IMG/VR virus record: IMGVR_UViG_3300044825_001821
Span: 32,001-96,000 of that record
Length of the DNA: 64,000 bases
Reading direction: 5' to 3' (one strand)
DNA from: a virus
The translations under genes were made by a program, and so were the position numbers. Shown here piece by piece: positions 15,368-25,619 of this stretch (its first letter is position 1; every line of letters starts with the position of its first letter). The notes under the pieces are model-generated. The model worked only from the letters and a program-made list of their open reading frames with translations. It made no database searches and was not told the origin of the DNA.

Positions 15368-16124
15368 AATCTATCCATATTAAATTGTTATAGTGTTCGT
15401 AAGGCCACTGACCTTTTGGTAAAAGACAACGACCTAATTCAGGATAAACATCAATTCTTACTTGAACAATTGCCCAAACTAACCAAATGAAATAAATTAA
15501 GAAAATAGAAGAAAGTCCATACTTCCATGCGTTGCAACGAATGTGAGCAATTCTTCTTTGTCTTTTGATTGCAGCAATTCTATCCGCTTCTCTTTTTTTG
15601 ACCCATGCTACCGCTTGTTGCTTTTTCATTTTCTCCATCATTTTCTCTACACGTGTGTAAAGATCACCTAATTCTGGAGGACAATTATAAACCATGAGTT
15701 CACGTAACTCAGCCTGCATGGCAGTTAGTCTGCTTTGCATTAGAACACGTTGCAATGCTCTTTTACCTAGACTTGTTTCGCCTGTGTATACTTCATTGTC
15801 ATGTTTTTCTTCATCTTCAAAGATGGCAGAACATTTCGCATAGTTTTCAAAGTAAACACCTAACTCTTCACCTATTTGTGTGTAGATATCGTTAGGCTGT
15901 TTCTTGCTTAACTCAATTATGCGATTTTTTTCTTCAATGTACTGATTGCGTTCGGCAACCGTAGGCGGCTTGTCTTTATGACGAGAATTGAATTGCGACT
16001 CTAAATCTGATAGAACACCTTTTACATCACCAGCAACACCGGCAATTTCTTTGTATAACTCACAACCTTTTTTTACCGCTTGCACTGCACCATTTGCCAA
16101 AGCAAAAAGTGTAAACGGATCCAT
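15333..16124 (-). CDS. helical protein with C-terminal transmembrane segment
   Basis: 263 aa ORF, MDPFTLFALA start, TM near C-terminus. Confidence 0.75.
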   Translation of the reverse strand: MDPFTLFALANGAVQAVKKGCELYKEIAGVAGDVKGVLSDLESQFNSRHKDKPPTVAERNQYIEEKNRIIELSKKQPNDIYTQIGEELGVYFENYAKCSAIFEDEEKHDNEVYTGETSLGKRALQRVLMQSRLTAMQAELRELMVYNCPPELGDLYTRVEKMMEKMKKQQAVAWVKKREADRIAAIKRQRRIAHIRCNAWKYGLSSIFLIYFIWLVWAIVQVRIDVYPELGRCLLPKGQWPYEHYNNLIWIDCEVPGYKNDAR

Positions 16125-16181
16125 TTATCTTTTTCGTAACCTTTCCTATGAGAAACATAAAATGATTCAAAAAAGACAATC

Positions 16182-16211
16182 TTGACAACCACTCCTTATT
16201 TATGCTATACT
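16182..16211 (+). promoter_or_regulatory. sigma70-type promoter with extended -10
   Basis: TTGACA-18-TATACT preceded by TG. Confidence 0.7.
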
Positions 16212-16245
16212 GGAAGTTGGTGAATAAATACATCATGGAGATGTT

Positions 16246-17319
16246 ATGAGTAGATCAATTGACATTAAGGCAATCTTATCAAATAACAAAGAACCCAAGT
16301 TTTCGGGTGAATTGTCACAATCGCAACTAACGCAAGCCCTGAACTGGTACGCTCAGAACCGTGATAACAAAGATGCAATAAAGTACGCATCTGACTTTCT
16401 AAAAAAGAAATACAAAATAACGGCTTCTGACGGCTTAAAATCGACCCCTAGTACATTCGGCTTCCTGTGCCGCATCGTGAGCCTAGGAGGCGTTCTGAAC
16501 GATTCTAACGCTAAATTTTTCGATGAAACAATCAGCAAACTCAAGCAATCAACTTCAGTTGTCAAACCAACAACCCCGACCGCAAGTGTCGTATCAATTC
16601 AAGATCACATTAAACGAAAAGCGGGTGACTGTATCGGAGAACTGGAAGGTCAAATTGATGAATTGATAACATCCGAGTTCAAAGCAAATGTTTCACCTTA
16701 TGCAACAATGACGGGTATGGAAGCCAAAGGCGCACATACAAAATTTATAATTGATCATTTTAAAACACGCCGTGCAGAATATGATAATGTTTTGTCAACA
16801 TCTGATGTTGATATCAAAGAAGCATATTCCAACTTTACAAAAACACAACTTAAAAAGTTGATAGCATACTGTGACCAGGTAATTGTTGACGGTATGAAAC
16901 TGGCTGGTGAAGCAATCAAAACACGTAAGCCACGCAAACGCAAAGCAAAGTCGGCTGATCAAGTGGTAGCCAAAATGAATTACGCAAAAGACTTTGCCGA
17001 ATTAAAACTTGTATCGATTGATCCTAAGACAATCATTGGTGCATCATCATTGTGGGTATACAATACCAAAACACGAAAACTTGGCGTATATCAGGCTGCT
17101 GATGCTGCTGGCTTGAATATCAAAGGCTCTACAATACAAAACTTTGCCGAAAGTAAATCGGTGCAAAAAACTCTGCGTAAGCCTGCTGAAACTTTACCAG
17201 AAATAATGAAAGCAGGTAAAGTTGCATTGAGACATATATTGGTTCAAGTTCGTGCCGCTGAAAAAGCATTGACAGGTCGAATCAATACTGATACAATATT
17301 ATTGAGAACTGTAAAATGA
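16246..17319 (+). CDS. conserved T4-like phage hypothetical protein upstream of rnh
   Basis: 357 aa; LWVYNTKTRKLG, IKGSTI, KTLRKP, GRIN.DTILL. Confidence 0.85.
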   Translation: MSRSIDIKAILSNNKEPKFSGELSQSQLTQALNWYAQNRDNKDAIKYASDFLKKKYKITASDGLKSTPSTFGFLCRIVSLGGVLNDSNAKFFDETISKLKQSTSVVKPTTPTASVVSIQDHIKRKAGDCIGELEGQIDELITSEFKANVSPYATMTGMEAKGAHTKFIIDHFKTRRAEYDNVLSTSDVDIKEAYSNFTKTQLKKLIAYCDQVIVDGMKLAGEAIKTRKPRKRKAKSADQVVAKMNYAKDFAELKLVSIDPKTIIGASSLWVYNTKTRKLGVYQAADAAGLNIKGSTIQNFAESKSVQKTLRKPAETLPEIMKAGKVALRHILVQVRAAEKALTGRINTDTILLRTVK

Positions 17320-17413
17320 CAATTCGTGGTTACTACTATCGTAAGTTTAAATTTCACTTACGGGTTGCCTTTTTGTTTTTATTCAAAGGGGCAATTCTAG
17401 GACAACATGTAAA

Positions 17414-18262
17414 ATGATAATCTTTGATTACAACCAAGTTGCCATCTCTTCATTGATGGAACAAATCGGCTCATCTAAGAAACCGGTTGAAGAGGCATTG
17501 GTGCGACACATGATATTGAATGTGATACGCACCTATGTCAAAAAATTTAAATCTACTCACGGTCCCGAAGTTGTCATTGCATGTGACAATCGTAACTATT
17601 GGCGCCGTGAGTTTTTTCCTCAATACAAAGGATCACGTAAGAAAACACGTGATGCATCTGGTCACGACTGGAATTCTATCTTTGAATGTCTACACAAGAT
17701 CAAAGAAGAATTGAAGGATCATTCGCCATATAAAGTTGTTGATGTTGACACCGCTGAGGCTGATGACATCATTGCCACATTGGCCATTCGACAATCTTTA
17801 CATGAAAAGGTGATGATTCTTTCATCAGATAAAGACTTTGCACAGTTGCAGCGTTTCGACAATATCGAACAATATTCACCCATACTGAAAAAGTTCATCA
17901 AAGAACCTTTGCCGACGGTGCAACTAAAGCAGATGATTATTCGTGGTGACAAGGGTGATGGTATACCAAACATTCTAACGCAAGATAATGTATTCATTGA
18001 AGGCGGTCGTCAAAAGCCTATCACTGAAGCTAAGATTATAAATTGGCTGAATCAAAAGCCAGAAGATTTTTGTAATGACGATATGCTGCGTAACTACAAG
18101 CGCAACGAACTTTTGATTGACTTGACAAAAGTTCCAGAAACATTACAGAAAACTATTATAGATACATATGATGCTGCTACTGGTCACACTAAACAGCATT
18201 TTATGAATTACATGATTGCAAACAAACTAAAAAATTTGATTGAGGTAATTGATGAGTTCTGA
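17414..18262 (+). CDS. rnh: T4-like RNase H / 5'-3' exonuclease
   Basis: YWRR..FP.YK, EADDII, SSDKDF.QL, GDKGDGIPN. Confidence 0.93.
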   Translation: MIIFDYNQVAISSLMEQIGSSKKPVEEALVRHMILNVIRTYVKKFKSTHGPEVVIACDNRNYWRREFFPQYKGSRKKTRDASGHDWNSIFECLHKIKEELKDHSPYKVVDVDTAEADDIIATLAIRQSLHEKVMILSSDKDFAQLQRFDNIEQYSPILKKFIKEPLPTVQLKQMIIRGDKGDGIPNILTQDNVFIEGGRQKPITEAKIINWLNQKPEDFCNDDMLRNYKRNELLIDLTKVPETLQKTIIDTYDAATGHTKQHFMNYMIANKLKNLIEVIDEF

Positions 18263-18683
18263 GAAACTATACTCCGAAATATTTGAGGAGTTTGAAAAAG
18301 CAACAACCAAACAAGAACGAATAAACATTCTACGCCGTGAAGGCGATGAACGTTTTCGTTTCTTTCTTCAATTAGTATTCAATCCTGCCATAGAATTTGA
18401 CATCTCATTGCCCGATAAGTATCGGCCAGCAAAAGAACCTGCTGGTTTGAACTATGCCTATCTTGACACACAGATGCCAAAGATGTATCGATTCATAAAG
18501 AACCATCCTATGCGCCCCGAAGGTTTCACCGCAGAAAAAACTACACAACAACTTTTAGTAATGATTGAATCATTGCACCGTGATGAAGCAGCAATCATAC
18601 TCAAAGTTTTACAAAAAGATTTTAAAGTAAAACACCTAACACCCAATTTAGTAAAAGAAGCATTTCCTGATTTGATCATATAA
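18252..18683 (+). CDS. conserved T4-like hypothetical protein
   Basis: follows rnh; ESLH.DEA, VKEAFPDL. Confidence 0.8.
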   Translation: MSSEKLYSEIFEEFEKATTKQERINILRREGDERFRFFLQLVFNPAIEFDISLPDKYRPAKEPAGLNYAYLDTQMPKMYRFIKNHPMRPEGFTAEKTTQQLLVMIESLHRDEAAIILKVLQKDFKVKHLTPNLVKEAFPDLII

Positions 18684-18696
18684 TGAAAGGTAAAAA

Positions 18697-19455
18697 ATGA
18701 AAGTAGCGGTCGTAACACCAACAATTGGAGCGTCAACACTTGCACAATGTGTTGATAGTGTACAGAAACAAACTTATGACAATCTAACACATTATATTTT
18801 TGTTGATGGTGACGAATATACAGACAAAGTTTTAGAGGTCATGAATAATGCTTCTGATAAGGGAATAAAAGGAGTATTTCTTGAAGAAAATGTTGGCAAA
18901 GGTTGGTATGGTCATCGTGTATATGCTGCATGTCCTTATCTTGTTAATGCTGATGCTGTATGTTACCTCGATGAAGATAATTGGTTTGAGCCTAATCACA
19001 TTGAGAAACTGGTGGAGAGAATTCAAAAAGGCGCCGACTGGGCGTTCTCTTTGAGAAAAATTTTTAATAAAGATGGTGAATATGTTTGTGATGATAACTG
19101 TGAATCATTAGGCCAGTGGCCAATTTATTTTAACCCCGATGCATTTCATATTGATACATCGGCATTCATGGTGAAGATGCAACCAGCACGTTCGTTGTCA
19201 TCAATGTGGTATGGTCAATGGGGTGCAGATAGACAGTTCTTCAATGCACTGAAACAATACTTTCCTAATTTTTCTTGTTCGAAACAATATTCACTGTGCT
19301 ATCGACTAGATGGTAATCCAAATTCTGTGACCGCAGAATTCTTTGAAAAGGGCAACGCCGAAAATGCTAAAAAATATTCAAATGGCTTTCCTTGGCAAAA
19401 GCAATACTCGGAAGAATATGTTGTCGGTCCCGGCATTACCATAGTGAGTGGCTAA
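18697..19455 (+). CDS. GT2 family glycosyltransferase
   Basis: VVTPT, SV.KQTY, FVDG, YLDEDN (DxD). Confidence 0.85.
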   Translation: MKVAVVTPTIGASTLAQCVDSVQKQTYDNLTHYIFVDGDEYTDKVLEVMNNASDKGIKGVFLEENVGKGWYGHRVYAACPYLVNADAVCYLDEDNWFEPNHIEKLVERIQKGADWAFSLRKIFNKDGEYVCDDNCESLGQWPIYFNPDAFHIDTSAFMVKMQPARSLSSMWYGQWGADRQFFNALKQYFPNFSCSKQYSLCYRLDGNPNSVTAEFFEKGNAENAKKYSNGFPWQKQYSEEYVVGPGITIVSG

Positions 19456-19634
19456 TGACTGAAACACACAAGAGAACAATTGTAAGAGCAATCAGTTGGC
19501 GTATCGTAGCAACTTTAGTTACGGCAGCATTTACTGGTTTGTCTGGCGCAATCGTAATTAATATTTTTATGACGGTGGCTCACTATATTCATGAAAGAGC
19601 ATGGTTAAAATTTAATTGGGGTAAAACCGAATGA
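19455..19634 (+). CDS. DUF2061-like small membrane protein
   Basis: ETHKRT..RAISWR, YIHER.W....WG. Confidence 0.75.
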   Translation: MTETHKRTIVRAISWRIVATLVTAAFTGLSGAIVINIFMTVAHYIHERAWLKFNWGKTE

Positions 19635-20623
19635 GATCAGCATTGGTAACTGGTGGTGCAGGTTATCTTGGTTCACATTTAGCAAAAGCACTCAAACAAG
19701 CAGGGTATTATACCTTCTGTTTTGATTTGATGCTTCCGGAAAATAAAAAGTATTGGGACAATCACACAACCGGTGATGTCAGAAATTTGAACGACCTGTA
19801 TGAAACATTTGAATATTTTCAAAGGGTCAATCAAAAAAAATTTGATGTAGTGTTTCACCTTGCTGGCTTGATTGAAGTCGGTGAATCTGTTCACAAGCCA
19901 GAAAAGTATTGGCAAGTGAACGTAGGTGGCACTTGCAACCTACTTAACATAATGAGAGAATTTGATGTTAGGAATATTGTTTATTCTTCTACTGCCGGCG
20001 TTTATCGTTCTCAGTTTACTAGCCTCTCAGAGAAAGCGGAAATAGAAGATAATAATCCATATGCCAGTAGTAAGTATGCTGCCGAATGTGCGATTCGTAA
20101 TTCTACGATGAATTATCTAATTTTTAGATTCTTCAATCTAGCCGGTGCTGATCCTGATGGTGAGATGGGTGAATGTCATGAGCCAGAAACACATTTGATT
20201 CCGTTGATGTTCAAAAGTCTAAATAATGAAGAGTTCATCATATATGGAAACGATTATCAAACGGTAGATGGTACATGTGTTCGTGATTATGTGCATGTGT
20301 CTGACGTTGCACAAGCACATGTGTTGGCTGACGAATATCTACAAAGAAAAGGAAACAATCAGCCTAGATTATTAAATCTAGGCACCGGTAAAGGTTATAC
20401 TGTATTACAAGTGATAGAGGCTGCTAAACAGGAACTAAACGTTCCAATTCAATACAAAATCGGTAAACGGAGAGAAGGCGACCCACGACGATTGGTTGCC
20501 AACTCCGATGCCGCCAAAGAACATCTTAATTTCAAACCTAAGCATGATTTAAAATCTATTTTGAGAACGGCATATAATTGGTATGAGCGACAAAGAGAAC
20601 GAAGTACAGGAAGTTCAGTTTGA
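19631..20623 (+). CDS. galE: UDP-glucose 4-epimerase
   Basis: TGGAGYLGSH, YxxxK (PYASSK), RFFNLAGA, TCVRDYVHV. Confidence 0.92.
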   Translation: MRSALVTGGAGYLGSHLAKALKQAGYYTFCFDLMLPENKKYWDNHTTGDVRNLNDLYETFEYFQRVNQKKFDVVFHLAGLIEVGESVHKPEKYWQVNVGGTCNLLNIMREFDVRNIVYSSTAGVYRSQFTSLSEKAEIEDNNPYASSKYAAECAIRNSTMNYLIFRFFNLAGADPDGEMGECHEPETHLIPLMFKSLNNEEFIIYGNDYQTVDGTCVRDYVHVSDVAQAHVLADEYLQRKGNNQPRLLNLGTGKGYTVLQVIEAAKQELNVPIQYKIGKRREGDPRRLVANSDAAKEHLNFKPKHDLKSILRTAYNWYERQRERSTGSSV

Positions 20624-21125
20624 ACATTATGCACACTTTTTGTCGGGCACTATCGATCCCACAAACATTGAGGCTGCATCACGCTGGCTGCTTTATGCAA
20701 AGTTCAACAAGATTGAAAAACCACTGACACTTCACATTAACTCAGAGGGTGGCAATCTAGGTGATGCCATAGGTCTTGCAGACTTAATGCGTGGTCTTAA
20801 TGTAACTGTTCGCACACTTGCGTACGGCAATCTAATGAGTGCAGCATTTGTAGTGTTTGCTGCTGGTGAAAAAGGTTATCGTGCAGTAGGTAAAAATACA
20901 ACCGTGATGATTCACCAATTCAATGATGAGATGGGTGGCAAGTACCATGACATGCGGGCGTATGCCAAAGAGTGTGACAGATATCATCACAAGATGGCAA
21001 AGATTCTTTCCGACTGTTCAAAACTGTCGGTCAAAGATGTGAAATCCAAGTTTCTGCGGCCAACTGATGTTTGGTTGACGGCAGAAGAGTTGGTAGAGTA
21101 TGGTATTGCAGATATTATCTTTTAG
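20583..21125 (+). CDS. clpP: ClpP-like serine protease
   Basis: INSEGG, LMSAA (Ser), MIHQ (His), D.WLTAEE...YGIAD. Confidence 0.85.
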   Translation: MSDKENEVQEVQFEHYAHFLSGTIDPTNIEAASRWLLYAKFNKIEKPLTLHINSEGGNLGDAIGLADLMRGLNVTVRTLAYGNLMSAAFVVFAAGEKGYRAVGKNTTVMIHQFNDEMGGKYHDMRAYAKECDRYHHKMAKILSDCSKLSVKDVKSKFLRPTDVWLTAEELVEYGIADIIF

Positions 21126-21136
21126 GAGCAATAAAT

Positions 21137-21289
21137 ATGTTGTCTGGCGGTAAGAAATACCAAAAACCGAAGAAAACTAAATTTCATAAAAATCGTGAGC
21201 AGTATGAGAATCAACAATTGAAGAATCAAAAGCATCATGACAAGTCTCTGTACCGCTTGCTCAAGCAGGAAAAAGATTATGTCATATAA
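21137..21289 (+). CDS. small basic protein
   Basis: AGGAG SD. Confidence 0.6.
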   Translation: MLSGGKKYQKPKKTKFHKNREQYENQQLKNQKHHDKSLYRLLKQEKDYVI

Positions 21290-21452
21290 AGAACAAATCA
21301 GAAAACGTATACGTGAACTTGAAGCAAAAATTGCTGAAACTAACGTTGATAAGGTTCAACTAGAAAGTCTGCGTTCTGAACTAGCCAGATTGAATATGCA
21401 AGACTTTGAAGAAGATTTGCGTACCGAAGGACAGCAACTTCTTAAAGGCTAA
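21279..21452 (+). CDS. small coiled-coil protein (..QQLLKG)
   Basis: AGGA SD, ATG 21279. Confidence 0.65.
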   Translation: MSYKEQIRKRIRELEAKIAETNVDKVQLESLRSELARLNMQDFEEDLRTEGQQLLKG

Positions 21453-21457
21453 TATTA

Positions 21458-21493
21458 AGTCTCCTGTTCGTATAAATAAGCGAATAGGAGACT
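21458..21493 (+). promoter_or_regulatory. T4-type late promoter TATAAATA in loop of SD-sequestering hairpin
   Basis: agtctcctgttcg-TATAAATAag-cgaatAGGAGact. Confidence 0.85.
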
Positions 21494-21496
21494 GTT

Positions 21497-22186
21497 ATGC
21501 CATTAAATAGAATTTACACCGATGCTATTTACGATCTCAATGTAAGAGGAAGTAAAATAGCCACAAATGCCATTCGTGGCAATAATATCGTAGCCGGCCA
21601 AATCACCGGCAATTTAATTGGTACTGGCGCCATCAGCGCAAATCATTATGCTGGTGGTGGAGTAACCTCAGATGTCCTAGCGGCAAATCTCTCTCTTTCG
21701 ATAGCACGTGTTACCGAAAGAATCGAAATAAATAGCACCGTAGTTGGTTCTAACAGTCAAAGTGGAACTAATGTCTATATCGACGTTGCTAATTCCTCTG
21801 TATACTATTTCACTTCAAACACCACAGGAAACGTAACTCTTGCTTTCCGAGGTTCTGGTGCTTCTCCTAATCCAACACGATTTGATGCTGCTGTCAATGT
21901 AGGCAACACCGTATCGGCGGTTGTTATGCTCAGAAGTAATACTGTTGCTGGTCGTGCTGGAGTCAATGTTAGTATCGATGGTGGTTACATATCAACCACA
22001 AGATCAGACTTAACTACGGGTAACGTAGTTTTCTATGCTGGTAACACTGTTCCCGTTTTTGATCCTTTAGTCGGAACAGTACCAACTACTGCACTTGAGA
22101 CTAACATATTAGGCATCAATATAATTAAACGTGCAGCCAATTCTTATTTCGTTTTCGTTTCTAATACTGTTTTTGGTTTGGGATAA
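21497..22186 (+). CDS. putative virion/fibre-associated protein
   Basis: late promoter; Asn/Gly/Thr-rich beta-type sequence. Confidence 0.7.
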   Translation: MPLNRIYTDAIYDLNVRGSKIATNAIRGNNIVAGQITGNLIGTGAISANHYAGGGVTSDVLAANLSLSIARVTERIEINSTVVGSNSQSGTNVYIDVANSSVYYFTSNTTGNVTLAFRGSGASPNPTRFDAAVNVGNTVSAVVMLRSNTVAGRAGVNVSIDGGYISTTRSDLTTGNVVFYAGNTVPVFDPLVGTVPTTALETNILGINIIKRAANSYFVFVSNTVFGLG

Positions 22187-22189
22187 TAA

Positions 22190-24736
22190 ATGCCTCCTAT
22201 TTTATCTTCTTTTGGTTCTAGTTCTCTTTTTTCTTGGGGTTTTGGTAGAAGAGGTGGAACGCTTTTCAATGTAATTCGTCAATTTAATTCTTCTGGACTA
22301 TTAACTCTACCCACAGACGTTACGTCAATTGACTATCTTGTGGTTGCTGGTGGCGGTGGTGGCGGCGGTGGTCGGGGTGGACAACACAACGGTGGTGGTG
22401 GTGGTGCCGGTGGCCTTTTAACTGGATCAGGACTTACAGTAACGGGTGGCACAACTTGGTCAATTATTGTTGGTGCGGGTGGTCCCGGAACGATGCCTGG
22501 TTTGGGTGGTCAATCTGGTTCCAATTCTGGTCTATGGCAAGGCACGACTTCTTTCTGGTGTTATGGTGGCGGTGCAGGCGGTGGCGCAGAGGGGGCTGGC
22601 GGTGGTAGTGGCGGTGCTGATGGTGGCTCTGGCGGTGGTGGTAGTGGACCAAACCCATCAGGAGCGGGCCGAGGTGTTTATCCAGGAAGTGGTTATGTAA
22701 ACGCACCAAGACAGCAAGGATTTGACGGAGTGCAACCAACTGGTGGTGGCGGTGGTGCCGGAAGTGCTGCTGGTCCAAATACTGGTATCTTAGACAATCG
22801 AACTGGTGGTAGGGGTGTGTTCTCATCAATCACTGGTTCAAATACTGGTTATGCAGGCGGTGGTGGAGCATCTGAATGGTATGGTGGTGGTGGCACTACA
22901 GGATTTACTCTTTATGGTGCGGCTAATGGTTCAGCATATCCAGCACCTGGTATAGCACCACCTAATGCAAGAGCCGGTAGTGGCTCTGGTGGTGGGGGTG
23001 GAAGTGCTGGAAATCCAAATCATGGTTCTGCTGGTGGTTCGGGTGTTGTTGTTGTAAAGTATAGCACTGCTGCTACACCATTTGGAACATTGTCACAATC
23101 ATTCACTACATCAGGTTCATGGGTTGTTCCAACAGGCATCAGTTATATGAATTATATGTTGGTTGCTGGTGGTGGCGGAGGAGGTGGCGCAGGTCCTGGC
23201 TCACACAATGCTGGCGGTGGTGGCGCTGGCGGTGTTGTATTGGCGTATGGTGTTCCAGTGACTCCAGGACAAACATATACTGTAACAGTTGGTGGTGGCG
23301 GAAATGGTCCAACTCCAGGAACTCAAGGGTCACAAGGTTCTAATACATCAATTTCAGGACCCGCTATTGGAGTTGCACCATCATTTTCTGCAAATGCTGT
23401 TGGCGGTGGATTTGGTGCTGGTTACATGAATGGAAATGGTCCATCTGGTGCGGGCGGTAATGGTGGTTCTGGAGGTGGTGCACCAAATGGTTGGAACGCT
23501 GTTTGGGCTGGAGGGGTGAGTGTTTATCCTAGCAGTCCTTATATAAATTTTCCAACAAGACAAGGACATGATGGTGGTGGCAGTGATGGTTCTATGGGTG
23601 GTGGTGGCGGCGCTGGTGGACCTGGTAGAACAGGTAATAACTTATGGGATCGTAATTTTTCTGGTGGCCAAGGAATTTGGTCAACAATAACAGGATCGAA
23701 TACAGGATACGCCGGTGGCGGAGGCTATGGTGCTGGTGCCGGGGCGTTTCAATGGGGCGGTGCTAATGGTGCATCTTGGCCAGTCGGTTCATTTGTTGCT
23801 GGTACTCCTAATACTGGCGGTGGGGGTGGTGGTGGATATAATGCTGGTCCAACGGGAGGATCACAAGGTGGTTCTGGAATTGGTGTAATTAGTTGGCAAG
23901 TCTCTTTTGGAAATCCAAACACAGGTTCACAATCATTTACATCAACGGGTTCTGGAACTTGGGTTGTACCAACAGGAATTCAAGTAATTGATTATCTTGT
24001 TATTGGCGGTGGTGGCGGTGGTGGTGGTGCCAGAAATGGACAACACAATGGTGGTGGCGGTGGTGCTGGCGGTTATGTTTTTGGCAGCTCATTCCCCGTA
24101 AATTCAGGCGCATCTTATACGGTCGTTGTTGGAGCCGGCGGACCGGGTTCAACACCAGGTGGTGGCGGTTCTGCGGGTTCAAACTCAGGATTTTATGATG
24201 CATCTACGTCTGTGTGGGCTTATGGTGGTGGACAAGGCGGCGGCGCTCAAGACAGTGGTGGGGGCGGCGGCGGCGGTGCAGGTGGTTCTGGAGGTGGCGG
24301 TTCTGGACCAAATCCTTCTGGAGGCGGTGCGGGAGTTTATCCAGGCAGTTCGTATGTTAGTGCGCCAAGACAAGGCTATAATGGTGCTGGTGGAGGAGGT
24401 GGAACTGGTGCTGGCGGTGGTGCAGGGGGTGCCGGCGCTCAACCAACCGGAGGCATAGGAATTTTTTCTACGATTACAGGTTCCAATGTGGGCTACGCCG
24501 GTGGCGGAGGAGCCGTATCTTCAAACGGCACTGGATTGGGAACAAGTTCGTGGGGTGGAGGACATGGTGGCCAAGGTCCAGCATCACCAGCTACCGCAGG
24601 GGCAACAAATCGTGGCGGTGGTGGCGGTGGTGGTGCTGCACCAACTGGTCCAACTCAAAGTGCTGCTGGTGGTTCCGGTGTGGTTATTTTCGGTTGGAGA
24701 GCACCAACTCCAGGAGTTAATCCACAACCAAGCTAA
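22190..24736 (+). CDS. glycine-rich repeat protein, putative tail fibre/adhesin
   Basis: three ~280 aa repeats (DYLVVAGGGGGG...HNGGGGGAGG...STITGSN.GYAGGGG...GGSGVV). Confidence 0.8.
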   Translation: MPPILSSFGSSSLFSWGFGRRGGTLFNVIRQFNSSGLLTLPTDVTSIDYLVVAGGGGGGGGRGGQHNGGGGGAGGLLTGSGLTVTGGTTWSIIVGAGGPGTMPGLGGQSGSNSGLWQGTTSFWCYGGGAGGGAEGAGGGSGGADGGSGGGGSGPNPSGAGRGVYPGSGYVNAPRQQGFDGVQPTGGGGGAGSAAGPNTGILDNRTGGRGVFSSITGSNTGYAGGGGASEWYGGGGTTGFTLYGAANGSAYPAPGIAPPNARAGSGSGGGGGSAGNPNHGSAGGSGVVVVKYSTAATPFGTLSQSFTTSGSWVVPTGISYMNYMLVAGGGGGGGAGPGSHNAGGGGAGGVVLAYGVPVTPGQTYTVTVGGGGNGPTPGTQGSQGSNTSISGPAIGVAPSFSANAVGGGFGAGYMNGNGPSGAGGNGGSGGGAPNGWNAVWAGGVSVYPSSPYINFPTRQGHDGGGSDGSMGGGGGAGGPGRTGNNLWDRNFSGGQGIWSTITGSNTGYAGGGGYGAGAGAFQWGGANGASWPVGSFVAGTPNTGGGGGGGYNAGPTGGSQGGSGIGVISWQVSFGNPNTGSQSFTSTGSGTWVVPTGIQVIDYLVIGGGGGGGGARNGQHNGGGGGAGGYVFGSSFPVNSGASYTVVVGAGGPGSTPGGGGSAGSNSGFYDASTSVWAYGGGQGGGAQDSGGGGGGGAGGSGGGGSGPNPSGGGAGVYPGSSYVSAPRQGYNGAGGGGGTGAGGGAGGAGAQPTGGIGIFSTITGSNVGYAGGGGAVSSNGTGLGTSSWGGGHGGQGPASPATAGATNRGGGGGGGAAPTGPTQSAAGGSGVVIFGWRAPTPGVNPQPS

Positions 24737-24757
24737 TGTTGTAAAAAAACAACACAC

Positions 24758-24786
24758 TTGACAAGGGTAGGTTAACGTAGTACAAT
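24758..24786 (+). promoter_or_regulatory. sigma70-type early promoter
   Basis: TTGACA-17-TACAAT. Confidence 0.85.
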
Positions 24787-24795
24787 GGTTGTACT

Positions 24796-25152
24796 ATGAA
24801 AACCTTGCCCTCTATTGGTTCGACAGTTACCGTAAATTGTCAATATATTACCAAATCTTCTACGTTTACAGGCGTAGTTGTCAATCCGTATCGTTGGCTC
24901 GGTGCCGACGAATTTTGTTTACAAACTAGCAATCCAGACTTTCCAATATCTGTTATCAATCTTGTAAATGTTGTCGATTTGAAAATACTTAAAGGTTCGA
25001 CAACAAATATTCGAAAGTTTAAAGTTGCCGGCTCAAAAGGTGAATATTTTGTAACATTGTCAGGAGAGCATTATTCTTGTACCTGTATAGGTTTCAAATA
25101 TCACAGCAAATGCAAACACATAACAAAAGTGAAACAAAAGCTTGCCAAATAA
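24796..25152 (+). CDS. SWIM zinc-finger protein
   Basis: GSKG.Y.V....YSCTC.GF......CKH. Confidence 0.8.
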   Translation: MKTLPSIGSTVTVNCQYITKSSTFTGVVVNPYRWLGADEFCLQTSNPDFPISVINLVNVVDLKILKGSTTNIRKFKVAGSKGEYFVTLSGEHYSCTCIGFKYHSKCKHITKVKQKLAK

Positions 25153-25156
25153 ATTC

Positions 25157-25185
25157 TTGACAAGTAGCCCACCTACTGATACAAT
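25157..25185 (+). promoter_or_regulatory. sigma70-type early promoter
   Basis: TTGACA-17-TACAAT. Confidence 0.85.
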
Positions 25186-25194
25186 GGTTATATT

Positions 25195-25587
25195 ATGATG
25201 ATTCGTATATACTCCAGTTCGAAGAAAAAGAAGTTGACGAAAAAACAATTGCAAGAACAGCAAGATTTTATTTCGTCAATCAACAAGATACCGTTGCCAT
25301 CTGGCGGTCGGTTTCCTGCTGCTGCACCTAAGAAAGTAAAAGCAAAGCCCGTATTTTCGTATACACCTCCACGTGAGACTGTACGTGCGCCGTCTTTGCC
25401 TGATACTCACAAGGGTGCGTTGACTAAAACTGGTATTATGAAAGATTACCACAAACTCTCATCTTCTGACCGTGAGATTGTGGCAGATGTTGCTTCTTGC
25501 ACGGCGCCATTACACAAAGGTAATTATGTTTATGTTACCGAAGGTATGAACCCTGCAAGCCTTGGTCGGAAAAACGAGGTATTGTAA
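25195..25587 (+). CDS. hypothetical protein (APLHKGNY.YV)
   Basis: ORF immediately after promoter. Confidence 0.75.
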   Translation: MMIRIYSSSKKKKLTKKQLQEQQDFISSINKIPLPSGGRFPAAAPKKVKAKPVFSYTPPRETVRAPSLPDTHKGALTKTGIMKDYHKLSSSDREIVADVASCTAPLHKGNYVYVTEGMNPASLGRKNEVL

Positions 25588-25590
25588 TGC

Positions 25591-25619
25591 TTGACAAGTT
25601 GGTCATTCAATGCTATACT
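25591..25619 (+). promoter_or_regulatory. sigma70-type early promoter
   Basis: TTGACA-17-TATACT. Confidence 0.85.

Noticed and set aside
22446-24761. His/Trp/Val-rich alternative-frame ORFs
   Set aside because: Frame shadows of GGT/GGC glycine repeats in 22190..24736.
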